Source of the DNA: Polyangia bacterium
Lineage (GTDB): Bacteria; Myxococcota_A; Polyangia; Nannocystales; Nannocystaceae
Assembly (NCBI GenBank): GCA_030430565.1
Contig: JAUIKS010000008.1
Location: 175,225 to 239,224, forward strand
Direction: 5' to 3'
Length of the DNA stretch: 64,000 nt
The position numbers were made by a program, and so were the translations under genes. This document shows positions 38,378 to 47,529 of the stretch, in pieces. The stretch's first letter is position 1; the number at the start of each line of letters is the position of its first letter. The notes under the pieces were generated by a model. That model was given only the letters and a program-made list of their open reading frames with translations, was not told the DNA's origin and did no database searches.

Positions 38378-39115
38378 CTACCGGCGCTCGAGATCCTCGA
38401 GCCGGGTCTTGAAGACCCGATCCCACAGCGTCAGCGGCTCGCCGAAATTCGCGCGCACGTGCGAGTGGTGGATGTTGTGAAAGCCCGAGGTGTTGAGGAG
38501 CACGCGCGGCAGCGCGCGCTCGAGCAGCGGGATCGTCACGCCGCAGTGCAGGTAGAAGTTCAGCGCCATGAAGCCGAGCACGAGCCCGAAGTAAGCCGGC
38601 GCCCAGTGGGTCGCCTCGGGGATGCAGATGATCAGGATCGGCCAAAACGTCATCAGCGACTCGACCGGGCCGACCGCGAAGCCGGCGAAGGGGGTCGGGT
38701 CGCGGTACGCGTGGTGAGCCTTGTGGAACACGAACAGCGCGCGCGTGTGCAGCAGCCGGTGCTTGAGGTACAGCCACGCGTCGATCGCCACGACGCCGAC
38801 GAGGGTCTGCAGCAGCACGGGGCCGAGGCTGAGCCCGGCCTCCTCGAGCGACCACACCAGCCCGATCGGGTGCCCCAGCCATGACTGCGCGATCGGCCAG
38901 GCCGCGAGGGTCGCGGCGACCCACGCCGCCTGCGTCGTCACGCGCGCCTCGCTGAGCACCGGCGGCGGGCGCCTGCGCACGCCCTGGATGCGCTCCCCGT
39001 AGTACAGCGACGCGTAGGCGCACAGGCCCGCGCCGAGCAGCATGGTGCCGGAGATCGCCACGAACGCGATGATCATCGAGGCGCACCAGATCAGCGGGCT
39101 CTCGGGATGGAACAT
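38378..39115 (-). CDS. Fatty acid hydroxylase / sterol desaturase family membrane protein
   Basis: His boxes HKAHHAYR and HNIHHSH. Multiple TMs. Start chosen at MFHPESPLIW (longer ORF to 39331 possible). Confidence 0.65.
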   Translation of the reverse strand: MFHPESPLIWCASMIIAFVAISGTMLLGAGLCAYASLYYGERIQGVRRRPPPVLSEARVTTQAAWVAATLAAWPIAQSWLGHPIGLVWSLEEAGLSLGPVLLQTLVGVVAIDAWLYLKHRLLHTRALFVFHKAHHAYRDPTPFAGFAVGPVESLMTFWPILIICIPEATHWAPAYFGLVLGFMALNFYLHCGVTIPLLERALPRVLLNTSGFHNIHHSHVRANFGEPLTLWDRVFKTRLEDLERR

Positions 39116-39278
39116 CCCGGCGGCCGTCAGGAGCAGCGGGAGCGCGGCGTCAAACTCCTCGGCGAGGCTTCGATTCGAGCGATCGCGGGGCACCGCGGGA
39201 TTGTAGCGAGACCGACGGGATGAATCGCGCGACAGGTCCCGAAACGCGCGTGGCGTGGCGCACACGCGCTGAGCTAGC

Positions 39279-40184
39279 CTAGCCGCGCTTGCGGAGCACG
39301 AAGATGGTGTCGAACTCCAGCTCCGAGACATCCCAGGAGCGCTCGATATCGTAGGTGAAGTCGTGGACGCCGACGATCTCGAGACTCGGCACCATGGCGA
39401 ACAACCCGAGGATCTGGCGCGCGCTGTACGTCCGCCAGCTCCACAGCGTCTCGGTGCGTCGCTCCGCCCCGCCCTGCTGCACGCGCAGCCGCGATCGCAT
39501 GCGCTCGCGTCGACGTCGTCGGTCCGGAGGCCAGGTCTGGACGTTGCAGATCACGCGCACGCCGTCGCGCTCGCCGACCCAGCGCTCGCGCTCGAGTCGC
39601 GTCTCTTCGTAGGTGGTGAGGTGGAGCCCGAGGACGTAGAGCCCCCCCGGCGCGAGCGCTGACGCGACGCCCTCGAGATGCGCGCGCGCGCCCGCGTCCG
39701 AGAGGATGTACTTGAACGAGCTGACGGGGCAGTAGGCCAGCTGGAAGGGCGGACCGAGGCGCAGCTCGTCGGCGAAGCTCTCGAGCCGCGCCCGCTCGAC
39801 CCGCGCGCGCAGGCCGGCCGCGCGCAGTCGCTGCTTCGCGTACGCGACCATCTCGGGTGAGAGGTCGAAGCCGACCACCGAGTACCCGCGACGCGCGAGC
39901 GCGGCGACCAATCGACCGCTCCCGCAGGCCGGCTCGAGCGCGCGCACGCGCTTGCCCCTACGCGCGCGCGACGAGCCGTAGCAATCCATCACGTCGCCGA
40001 GGAACTCGACCTCACGTCGCGTATCGACGTCGTAGAGGATGTCGTACCACTCGGGGGTCGAGTACCAGTCGGTCGTGGAGTAGCGCGCCGCCACGGGCGC
40101 GAGGATATCGACGGCGGCGGGGACGTGACGCAGTTTTTTCTGGAGCAAGCCAGGCGCGCGCGCGACCGCGAGCCAGCGGGCCAA
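39279..40184 (-). CDS. Class I SAM-dependent methyltransferase
   Basis: Motif I LEPACGSGRL, DLSPEMV motif II region. Confidence 0.65.
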   Translation of the reverse strand: MARWLAVARAPGLLQKKLRHVPAAVDILAPVAARYSTTDWYSTPEWYDILYDVDTRREVEFLGDVMDCYGSSRARRGKRVRALEPACGSGRLVAALARRGYSVVGFDLSPEMVAYAKQRLRAAGLRARVERARLESFADELRLGPPFQLAYCPVSSFKYILSDAGARAHLEGVASALAPGGLYVLGLHLTTYEETRLERERWVGERDGVRVICNVQTWPPDRRRRRERMRSRLRVQQGGAERRTETLWSWRTYSARQILGLFAMVPSLEIVGVHDFTYDIERSWDVSELEFDTIFVLRKRG

Positions 40185-40306
40185 GCCGCATATACGCCGC
40201 CCACGAACGCCGTTGGAGCGCGCGAGCGCTGCGTATGCACGCGGTTGTGGGCGCTAGCGCGCGTTGGGAGCGCTCGCTACGCTGGCCCGAAGAACAAGGA
40301 GTTCCC

Positions 40307-41311
40307 ATGCCTCGGAGCACGACGCACCGCCCCCTCCCGTCCCGTTTCGCCCTCCTCGGATCCCTCGCCCTCGCCTGCTCGCTCGCGGTCGCGTGTGAGA
40401 AGCAAGCCACGCAGACGCCCGAGTCGAGCCAATCTTCGGGTTCCCGCGCCGCCGAGCTGGCCGCGACCCAGGGCACCGACGAGGAGTTCCAGGCCATCGC
40501 CAAGGGCTTCGCGGACGCGTACAGCGCGCTGGGCTACGGCGACGTCGAGGGCGCGGTCGCGCGCTTCTCGGAGCAGATCGTGTGGGAGACGCGCGGCGGC
40601 GCGAGCGGCTCGGTCGACGGGCGCGAGGACCTGTTCAACTACTTCCGCAACAGCGGGCGCAGCGCGAAGATCGCGGCCGAGCGCGTGTTCCTGGCGGACG
40701 ACGAGGTCGTGATCTCGCAGGGCGTGATGATCGAGCAGTCGAAGGGCGCGGGCTTCGTCGCGATCGGGCGCATCATCGCCGGCGAGATCGTCGAGGTCGA
40801 GGAATTCCGAACGTCGCCGCCGGCCGACAGCAAGGGCCCCTCGCTGCCCTCCGAGACCGAGCTCATCACCGACTACGGCGACGACGTCAACAAGGCGCTC
40901 GCGGAGTCGCTGCACCTGGCGTGGAGCAAGCGCGACTGGTCGACGATCGAGGGATCGCTCTCGGGCGACGTGGTGCACCACGACGTCGCCAGCGGCGAGA
41001 CGACCCGCGGCTTTACGAGCTACAAGAAGTGGTTCGAGGGCTACACCCGCGCGTTCCCGGACATGAGCTTCGAGGTCCTGCGCTCGTGGGCTGCCGGCGA
41101 CTACGTGATCGTCGAGCGGCGCACCCGCGGCACGCACACCGCGAAGCTCGGCGAGCTCGAGGCGACCAACAACGCGGTCGAGCTCGAGGGCCTCGACATC
41201 TACCGGTTCGAAAACGGGATCATCGTCGAGATGTGGCGCTACCACGACGCCGCCGCGCTGACGGCCCAGGTCAACGCGGGTCAGCCGGCGGCGGAGCCCG
41301 AGAAGCCGTGA
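40307..41311 (+). CDS. Lipoprotein with tandem SnoaL-like / ester-cyclase (NTF2-like) domains
   Basis: Start MPRSTTHRPLPSRFALLGSLALACSLAVAC. Two repeats of the ester-cyclase-like pattern (..VVHHDVASGETTRGF..YKKWFEGYTRAFPDMSFEV..). Confidence 0.55.
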   Translation: MPRSTTHRPLPSRFALLGSLALACSLAVACEKQATQTPESSQSSGSRAAELAATQGTDEEFQAIAKGFADAYSALGYGDVEGAVARFSEQIVWETRGGASGSVDGREDLFNYFRNSGRSAKIAAERVFLADDEVVISQGVMIEQSKGAGFVAIGRIIAGEIVEVEEFRTSPPADSKGPSLPSETELITDYGDDVNKALAESLHLAWSKRDWSTIEGSLSGDVVHHDVASGETTRGFTSYKKWFEGYTRAFPDMSFEVLRSWAAGDYVIVERRTRGTHTAKLGELEATNNAVELEGLDIYRFENGIIVEMWRYHDAAALTAQVNAGQPAAEPEKP

Positions 41312-41318
41312 GCGCGCG

Positions 41319-42662
41319 TCACGACTGATGCGCGAGCCGCTCGCGCCGCAGCGGCATCGTCAAGCAGCGACCGCCGCCGCGCGCCCGCGACAGCTCGCTC
41401 CCGGAGAAGCTGAACACCGCGCGCGCCTGCTGCATCCCGTCGGCGATCAGCTCCGCGCGCTGCTCACTCGAGAGCACCGCGCTGATCCGGCGCTCGGCGA
41501 AGCCGTGCTCGAGCAGCTCGGCGATGGTCCGACTGTTGCGGCTGTAGAGGATGATCTTGCCCGGCGCGACGCAGACCGCGTTGGCGCCGTCGGTCCACTG
41601 CTCGCGCTCCTGCTGGATGATCTCCTGCCCGCCGCAGGGGACGAGCTGGAGCTTCGCGCCGAATTCCTCGCGCAGGACGTCGAGCACGGTCGCGCCCACG
41701 AGCAGCTCGGCCTCGCGCTCTCGCTGCAAGCGCGCGACCGGCAGCGGCTTCACCTCGCCGCGCTGCTTCGACCCGGCGATCAGCGGCTCGTGCCCGAGGA
41801 ACAGCCCGTCGTCGATCTGCGTCAGGATCGTGTCGAGGTGCATCAGCGAGCGGTGCGCCGGCATCAGCACCGCGTACACCCGCTCCAGCGCCGGCAGGTT
41901 CGGGAACAGCACGCGCTCCGCGAGCCGCTCGATCGCCTCGGCCGAGGTCCGCTCGGAGCAGCCGATCATGATCCACTCGTGCGAGGGCACCAGCACGTCG
42001 CCGCCCTCGAGCGTGAGGTGGCGGGCGCCGTCGGGCGCGATCGGCGTGAGCGGCGGCCCGAAGCCCGAGGGCAGGCCCCAGCGCAGCGAGAAGCGCACGA
42101 GCTCCGGCTCGCGACCGCGCGCGCGCCGACACATGTTGCCGACGACGATCTGGTCGCCGATCGCTATGCAGGGGTCGCGCATGAACATCAGATTAGGCGT
42201 CGGCCGCAGCGCCATGTCGAAGCGGTCGAACAGCCGCGCGCGCACGCGCGCGAGGCTCTGCGGCGCGCCCGGGATGTCGCTCCAGTGCAGCCCGGCGATC
42301 AGCGCGATCGCCAGGCGCTCGGGTGACCACTCGAGCAGGTGATCGGTGAGCGCCTCGACCCCGCCGTGTACGCACACCGCCGCGAGCAGCCGGCGGGTCT
42401 CGGCGATCGGCGCGCGTCGCAGCGCGCGCCGCAGCAGCGACTCGAGACCGTGCACGCGGGCCCCCGCGCCGCGGAGGATGTCGGTCATCACGTCGTGCTC
42501 GCGCTGGGTCTCGACCGGCGACAGGATGTCGTCGAACAGCAGCAGCTCGAGCTCGTGCTGCGTCATGTGCGAGATCTCGAGCCCTGGTCGACGGACCACG
42601 ACGTCGCGCAGCGGGCCGATCTCGTTGACAACCTGGATCCCGACTTCCGTAGCGCCTGACAT
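41319..42662 (-). CDS. arcA: Arginine deiminase (amidinotransferase superfamily)
   Basis: N-terminus IQVVNEIGPLRDVVVRRPGLEI matches the ADI N-terminal block. C-terminal catalytic Cys in GGGRCLTMPL. Confidence 0.65.
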   Translation of the reverse strand: MSGATEVGIQVVNEIGPLRDVVVRRPGLEISHMTQHELELLLFDDILSPVETQREHDVMTDILRGAGARVHGLESLLRRALRRAPIAETRRLLAAVCVHGGVEALTDHLLEWSPERLAIALIAGLHWSDIPGAPQSLARVRARLFDRFDMALRPTPNLMFMRDPCIAIGDQIVVGNMCRRARGREPELVRFSLRWGLPSGFGPPLTPIAPDGARHLTLEGGDVLVPSHEWIMIGCSERTSAEAIERLAERVLFPNLPALERVYAVLMPAHRSLMHLDTILTQIDDGLFLGHEPLIAGSKQRGEVKPLPVARLQREREAELLVGATVLDVLREEFGAKLQLVPCGGQEIIQQEREQWTDGANAVCVAPGKIILYSRNSRTIAELLEHGFAERRISAVLSSEQRAELIADGMQQARAVFSFSGSELSRARGGGRCLTMPLRRERLAHQS

Positions 42663-42750
42663 GCGCTGGACTATAGCGGCGGATCTCGGAGGCGCCGCCC
42701 GCCCCCGCGTGAGGCGACGACGCGCGCGAGTGAGGATCCGCGAAGCCGCG

Positions 42751-44073
42751 TCACGGGCAGTCGGCGTAGATCGTCATCTGCTTGTCGTCGGCGGGCTCGC
42801 CGTTGCTGTTGGCCTCGCGCAGCTCCTGGCAGGCGAGCCCGCACACGACGATCACCCCCTTCGAATTCTCGTCGGGGAGGATGAAGCCGTGCATGTTGTC
42901 GTCGCACACCTCGAGGCGATCGAGCGCCTCGCCGTCGAGCTCGACGTCAACCGACGCGTCAAACTCCGCGAGGGTCATCCCCCACAGCTCCGGCGGCAGC
43001 GTGGTCACGCAGAACGGCAGATCGTTGAGCAGCTCCAGCTTCTTGTACAGCCCCTGCTCTGAGTCGGCCCGCTTAAACGCCGGGTAGCTGTCGATGTCAG
43101 CCATCCCGCCCGCGAGCGCGAGCTCGTGCAGCGCGTCCCAGACGTCGACGTCCGGCTCCATGTCACCGGGCTCCGGAGGAAGGTCCTCGAGGATGCTGAG
43201 GCCGATGACCATCGAGAACATGTGGTCGTCGTAGCCCTCGAGGAGCTGCTGCTCAGCGTCGCTGTCGTAGGTCTCAAACAGCGCGTATGGATCGACGCCG
43301 TCGTCGGTGTCGCAGTTCGGCGCGCCGCTCGTGATGATGACGATGAACTGCATCGCGTCGCCGTTGGCGGGGCTCGCCCACAGCGCCTCCTTCGCGCTCT
43401 CGATCGCCTCGGCGAGCGGCCGCCCGCCGCCCATCTCGGACGGGTCGAAGGGCAGCGCGCTGTCGAAGCTGTTGTACGCGTTCAGCATCAGCGGCGCCTC
43501 GGGATCCGGCTGCACGCCGCAGGCCTCAGCGCCCTCGCCGGGCGCGCCGAGCTCGGGCGCGAGCACGAAGCCCATCCGCGCCCACTGGCCGAGCGCGCTC
43601 GCCTTCGCCAGCACCGCCGCGCGCACGCTGTACCAGTGCAGCACGAACTGATCGTCCATCGGGTCCTCGGTCACCGGGAAGTACCCCCCCTGCATCGCCG
43701 CGGACTTGTCGAGGATGAACATGATGTCTGGCGGCAGGATCTCCAGCTCCACCTCGAGCGGCGCGCAGCCGCCGTCGTCGGAGGTCTCGCCAGCGGTGCC
43801 CACGCTCGTGACGCCGCCCGTGCCGACCGTGCTCGAGGCCGCGCTCGTCGCGAGGCTGCCCTCGGACTCGCCGCCCGCGCTCGTCCCCGTGACCGTCGCC
43901 TCGCTGCTCGCGCTCGAGGACGCGCTGACCGAGTCCCCAGAGCCCTCGGAGGCGCTCTCCTCCGGCGCCACCCACTCGAGGTTGAGGGCGAGGCAGCCCG
44001 ACGAGAGCAGCAGCGGGAGCGCGACGAGCCCACGCGCGAGCGACCCGCCGCGTCGATGCGCGCGCGTTTCCAC
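42751..44073 (-). CDS. Acidic lipoprotein with degenerate vWA-like domain
   Basis: Lipobox LLLSSGC. S/E-rich linker. FILDKSAAM (DxSxx MIDAS-like) and VIITSGAPNC. Confidence 0.35.
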   Translation of the reverse strand: METRAHRRGGSLARGLVALPLLLSSGCLALNLEWVAPEESASEGSGDSVSASSSASSEATVTGTSAGGESEGSLATSAASSTVGTGGVTSVGTAGETSDDGGCAPLEVELEILPPDIMFILDKSAAMQGGYFPVTEDPMDDQFVLHWYSVRAAVLAKASALGQWARMGFVLAPELGAPGEGAEACGVQPDPEAPLMLNAYNSFDSALPFDPSEMGGGRPLAEAIESAKEALWASPANGDAMQFIVIITSGAPNCDTDDGVDPYALFETYDSDAEQQLLEGYDDHMFSMVIGLSILEDLPPEPGDMEPDVDVWDALHELALAGGMADIDSYPAFKRADSEQGLYKKLELLNDLPFCVTTLPPELWGMTLAEFDASVDVELDGEALDRLEVCDDNMHGFILPDENSKGVIVVCGLACQELREANSNGEPADDKQMTIYADCP

Positions 44074-44207
44074 GGCCCTACACTACAACATGTCCCCTAG
44101 TTCCAATCCGTAGAATGGCGCGTTTTATCTGCGCGCCGCGTCCTCGCGTCGCGAGCTCGCATAACTGCGCGAACGGTCATATTCGAGATTCGCGGTCGCG
44201 CGGTCGC

Positions 44208-44831
44208 TCAGCGACGCAGCTTGCTCGCCAGGTCGGTGCCGATCACCAGCTGCAGCGCCGCGCGCAGCTCGGGGTGCGCCTTGAGCGAGGCTCGGAGCGC
44301 GGCGCAGTCCCACTGCAAGAACGCGGTCTCGCGGGTCGCGGAGACCTCCGCCGAGCACGGGCGCTCGGTCAGGAAGCCCATCTCGCCGACGAACTGCCCC
44401 TCGCCCAGCCGCGCGACGACCTCGCCGTCGACCGCGACCGCGAGCTCGCCCTGGTCGATGACGCGCAGCGCGTCGAGCTGCTGGCCGCGCGCGAGGATCG
44501 ACCGCCCGGCCGGCACGGTCACCCAGGTCGCGCACTGGGCGAGCCGCAGGAACTCGCGCGGCGAGAGCGAGCGGAACACGAGCTGGTAGAGCCGACGCTG
44601 TCGCGCGTCGAGCGTGACCGGGCGCCGCTCCAGCAGCAGCGTCCGGATCTGCAGCACGTTGATGCCGATAAACACCGAGTTCCAGCAGATCGGCGCGATC
44701 AGCCCGTTGGCGAAGTAGTAGGGGATCAGCATGCCGATCGCGACGATCGTCAAGAGTCGCAGCCAGAGGATGTCGCGGACCAGATAGGACGCGAGGAACA
44801 GGACGTTCGCGACATGAATCAAGTAATTCAT
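44208..44831 (-). CDS. 3-TM membrane protein with C-terminal cyclic-nucleotide-binding-like domain (Popeye-like architecture)
   Basis: N-terminal hydrophobic helices (YLIHVANVLFLASYLV, LLTIVAIGMLIPYYF, APICWNSVFIGINVL). cNMP-like block GEGQFVGEMGFL...RPCSAEVSA. Start overlaps the upstream gene stop by 1 nt. Confidence 0.6.
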   Translation of the reverse strand: MNYLIHVANVLFLASYLVRDILWLRLLTIVAIGMLIPYYFANGLIAPICWNSVFIGINVLQIRTLLLERRPVTLDARQRRLYQLVFRSLSPREFLRLAQCATWVTVPAGRSILARGQQLDALRVIDQGELAVAVDGEVVARLGEGQFVGEMGFLTERPCSAEVSATRETAFLQWDCAALRASLKAHPELRAALQLVIGTDLASKLRR

Positions 44832-45493
44832 CAGACGACCCCCTTCCCCGCGAGCGAGCGCTCACCGCGACCCGCGACCGCGCGCAGCGCCGCGTCGACC
44901 AGCTCAGTCGGATCGGCGTTGTCGGCGATGTACTCGCTGCGGTGCGCGTAGGTGATCACGCCGCTTTGGTCGACGACGACCGCCCCGCCCTGCTGCGCGT
45001 GGTCACCGTCGGCGCGGTGCTGCTGGTACCCCTCCCCGATCGCGCGCAGCTGCGAGTAGAGCGCGCGGCCGCCGAAGGTCCCCAGCCACGCGCGGCGCAG
45101 CCCGGCGGCGCCGTAGCTCGCGCGCTCCGGGTCGCTGACGATCGTCACGCCCGCGCCCGCGAGCCCGTGTCGCGCGACGAAGCCGGCGATGTTCTCCGGC
45201 CGACCGTTACCGACGAAGACGACGTTCACGCCGAGCAGCTCGAGCTCGTGCAGCCGCGGCGAGATCGCGGCGACGTGCTTGCTGCAGCCGACGCAGCCGA
45301 AGTGCCGCAAGAACACCACCACGCTCGCGCGGCCGCCCACGAATTCACGCAGCGGTCGCCGCCCGCCGCCTTCGTCCGTGACCACCGCGTCGAGCAGCGC
45401 CTCCGGCAGCGCGCCTCCCACCGAGAGTCCATCCATCCCCGTGATGATAGGCCGCCCCGGCTGATCGCCCGCCGGGCGCTCGCGCGCGCGCAC
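44831..45493 (-). CDS. Thioredoxin-fold peroxiredoxin-like (AhpC/TSA-type redoxin) protein
   Basis: VVVFLRHFGCVGCSKHV CxxC redox motif in redoxin context. Confidence 0.55.
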   Translation of the reverse strand: MRARERPAGDQPGRPIITGMDGLSVGGALPEALLDAVVTDEGGGRRPLREFVGGRASVVVFLRHFGCVGCSKHVAAISPRLHELELLGVNVVFVGNGRPENIAGFVARHGLAGAGVTIVSDPERASYGAAGLRRAWLGTFGGRALYSQLRAIGEGYQQHRADGDHAQQGGAVVVDQSGVITYAHRSEYIADNADPTELVDAALRAVAGRGERSLAGKGVV

Positions 45494-45572
45494 CCCCTGC
45501 CCGTGAGGCCAGGAGAGCAGCAGCGCTCAATCGAGCCTCAATCGAGCCGCGATCGAGCGCTCGAGCTCATCA

Positions 45573-47369
45573 TCAGAAGAGCACGATCCGCACGTCGCGG
45601 ACGCACGAGAGCCCGCGCAGCAGCTCGCGCGCGAGGTAGCGAAACAGCGTGTCGAGACAGATCTCGCGCGAGAAGCCGCCGTTGCCCGTGGCCAGCAGCG
45701 GCAGCGCCAGGGTCTGCACGTTCAGCGTGTCGGCGTGATAGATGCAGCTGCCCAGGATCTCGCAGATCAGGTCGCGGCTCGGGCCCGGCCCCCCGCCGAA
45801 GCCGCGGCCACGCAGCGTGATCCCGTGGAACACGAAGCGCGCGCTCAACCCCCCCGCCGAGGTCACGACCGCTCGACCCGCGCGCACCGGGATGTAGCGC
45901 TGCGCCTGGTCGTAAACGGCCTCGCCCGCGGCCTGACGGATCGCTCGCGAGACGCCGCTGCGCATGGTCAAGAACTGATCGTCAGAGCTGACGAGCGCCT
46001 CGACGTCCTGATCGACCAGGTCACCGCAGACGATCGTCAGCGTGCGCGCGTCCGGGAAGTCGTAGCGGTCGAGGATCCGCCCGCGCGCCCTGCCGGTGCC
46101 GTCCGCGACCTCGAGGTAGTGCGCGCGCCGAGAGCGGTAGCGCTCGAGGTGGGGCCGCAGCGCGACGTCCTCGACCGCGTCCCAGGGCGAGATTGCGTCG
46201 ACGACCGGATCGATGACGGCGAGCACCTCGGCGAAGGACGAGAAGCGCTCGGAGGGGGACTTCGCCAGGCAGCGCTCGACAATCTCGCTCGTCCGCGCGC
46301 TGATCGCCGGGTTGAGCGAGCGCGGCGGCGTGAGCGGCTCGGTCTTGTGCTTGTGCAGGATCGCGAACCAATTCCCGCCGTCGAAGGCGGGCCGCCCGGT
46401 CAGCGCGTGGTAGAAGGTCGCGCCGAAGCTGTAGATGTCCGCGCGCGTGTCGACGCGGCGTGGATCCTCAGCTTGCTCAGGGGCCATGTACCACGGGCTC
46501 CCGAGCACCTGCCCGACCAGCACCGCCTCGTCGATCTCGCTCGGCCCGCGCGCCAGCCCAAAGTCGACCACGCGCGCCGCCCCTTCGTCGTCGACGAAGA
46601 TGTTCGAGGGCTTGAGGTCGCGGTGGATGATGCCCTCCTGCGCCGCCGCCAACATCCCGCGCGCCGTGTCTCGCATCCACCGGATCACGCGCTCCTCGTC
46701 GATCCCCACGTCGCCTGACTCGCGCTCTTCCGCCCGCATCACGCGCGCGAGATCAAGGCCGTCGATCCACTCCATCACGAGCACGGGCCCGCGCTCGGGG
46801 AGGATGTCGAAGTCGTGGATCTCGACCACGTGCGGCGAGTCGATCTTCGCCAAGATCCGCGCCTCTTGCAGGAAGCGACCCCGCGGGGCGCCCGGCAGCA
46901 GCACCTTGATCGCTACCTGCTTCTCGAGCGTTCGGTGCCGCGCCCGGTACACCACCCCCATCCCCCCGCGCCCGACCTCCTCCAGCACCTCGTAGCGCGC
47001 GCTCACGTCTCCGTCGCCCAGCACGAAGCCCTGCAGATCGTCGCTTGGTGACGGCCGCGTGCTGTGCGTCGCGCCCTCGCGCGAGGGCAGCGTCTCCGCG
47101 CCCTGGGCCCACAACGTCTCCGCGTGCGACGCCCGCTCAGTCGCGTGCTCGCTCCGCTGCGTCTTGCCGCGATCGTGCAGGGTCGTCTCCAGCTCCATCG
47201 CCGGAGGCGGTTCCGCGCCCTCACCCGCCGCGCTCGGGTCCCTGCGCGACGCCGTCATCGCATCCTCCACACGGGCAGCATCCCCCACCCCTTCGTGCGC
47301 AGCAAGCGTCCGCGCGCGGAAATTCGACCCCCGCCCACCGCCGCGACGCTCAGCGAAGGGCCGAAGCAC
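45573..47369 (-). CDS. Ser/Thr protein kinase fused to C-terminal macro-like (ADP-ribose-binding-type) domain
   Basis: Kinase motifs (GRGGMGVVYRARH, AIKVLL, HRDLKPSNIFV, DFGLAR, APE). C-terminal about 190 aa LTIVCGDLVDQDVEALVSSDD...RAIRQAAGEAVYDQAQRY...GRAVVTSAGGLSARFVFHGITL follows macro-domain spacing but lacks canonical NAAN/GGGV. Confidence 0.7.
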   Translation of the reverse strand: MLRPFAERRGGGRGSNFRARTLAAHEGVGDAARVEDAMTASRRDPSAAGEGAEPPPAMELETTLHDRGKTQRSEHATERASHAETLWAQGAETLPSREGATHSTRPSPSDDLQGFVLGDGDVSARYEVLEEVGRGGMGVVYRARHRTLEKQVAIKVLLPGAPRGRFLQEARILAKIDSPHVVEIHDFDILPERGPVLVMEWIDGLDLARVMRAEERESGDVGIDEERVIRWMRDTARGMLAAAQEGIIHRDLKPSNIFVDDEGAARVVDFGLARGPSEIDEAVLVGQVLGSPWYMAPEQAEDPRRVDTRADIYSFGATFYHALTGRPAFDGGNWFAILHKHKTEPLTPPRSLNPAISARTSEIVERCLAKSPSERFSSFAEVLAVIDPVVDAISPWDAVEDVALRPHLERYRSRRAHYLEVADGTGRARGRILDRYDFPDARTLTIVCGDLVDQDVEALVSSDDQFLTMRSGVSRAIRQAAGEAVYDQAQRYIPVRAGRAVVTSAGGLSARFVFHGITLRGRGFGGGPGPSRDLICEILGSCIYHADTLNVQTLALPLLATGNGGFSREICLDTLFRYLARELLRGLSCVRDVRIVLF

Positions 47370-47529
47370 GCTGAATACGCGCCGCGGAGCGCTCGCGCGC
47401 CTCTCTATAGGAAGACCACGTGCTGGTCCAGCTCAGCGAACTGCGGGACTTGGCTGGCGGCGGAAGTCCTTGCCGCGCGCGAGCGAGCTGCGGCCCCCGA
47501 CCTGATAGGGGCGTGGCCCCGTAGTGTTC

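Noticed and set aside
38378-39331. Longer 317-aa version of the fatty-acid hydroxylase ORF
   Set aside because: The upstream 72 codons are R/S-rich without hydrophobic character and would overlap the methyltransferase gene. The internal Met at 39115 preceding the first TM is preferred, though this is not certain.
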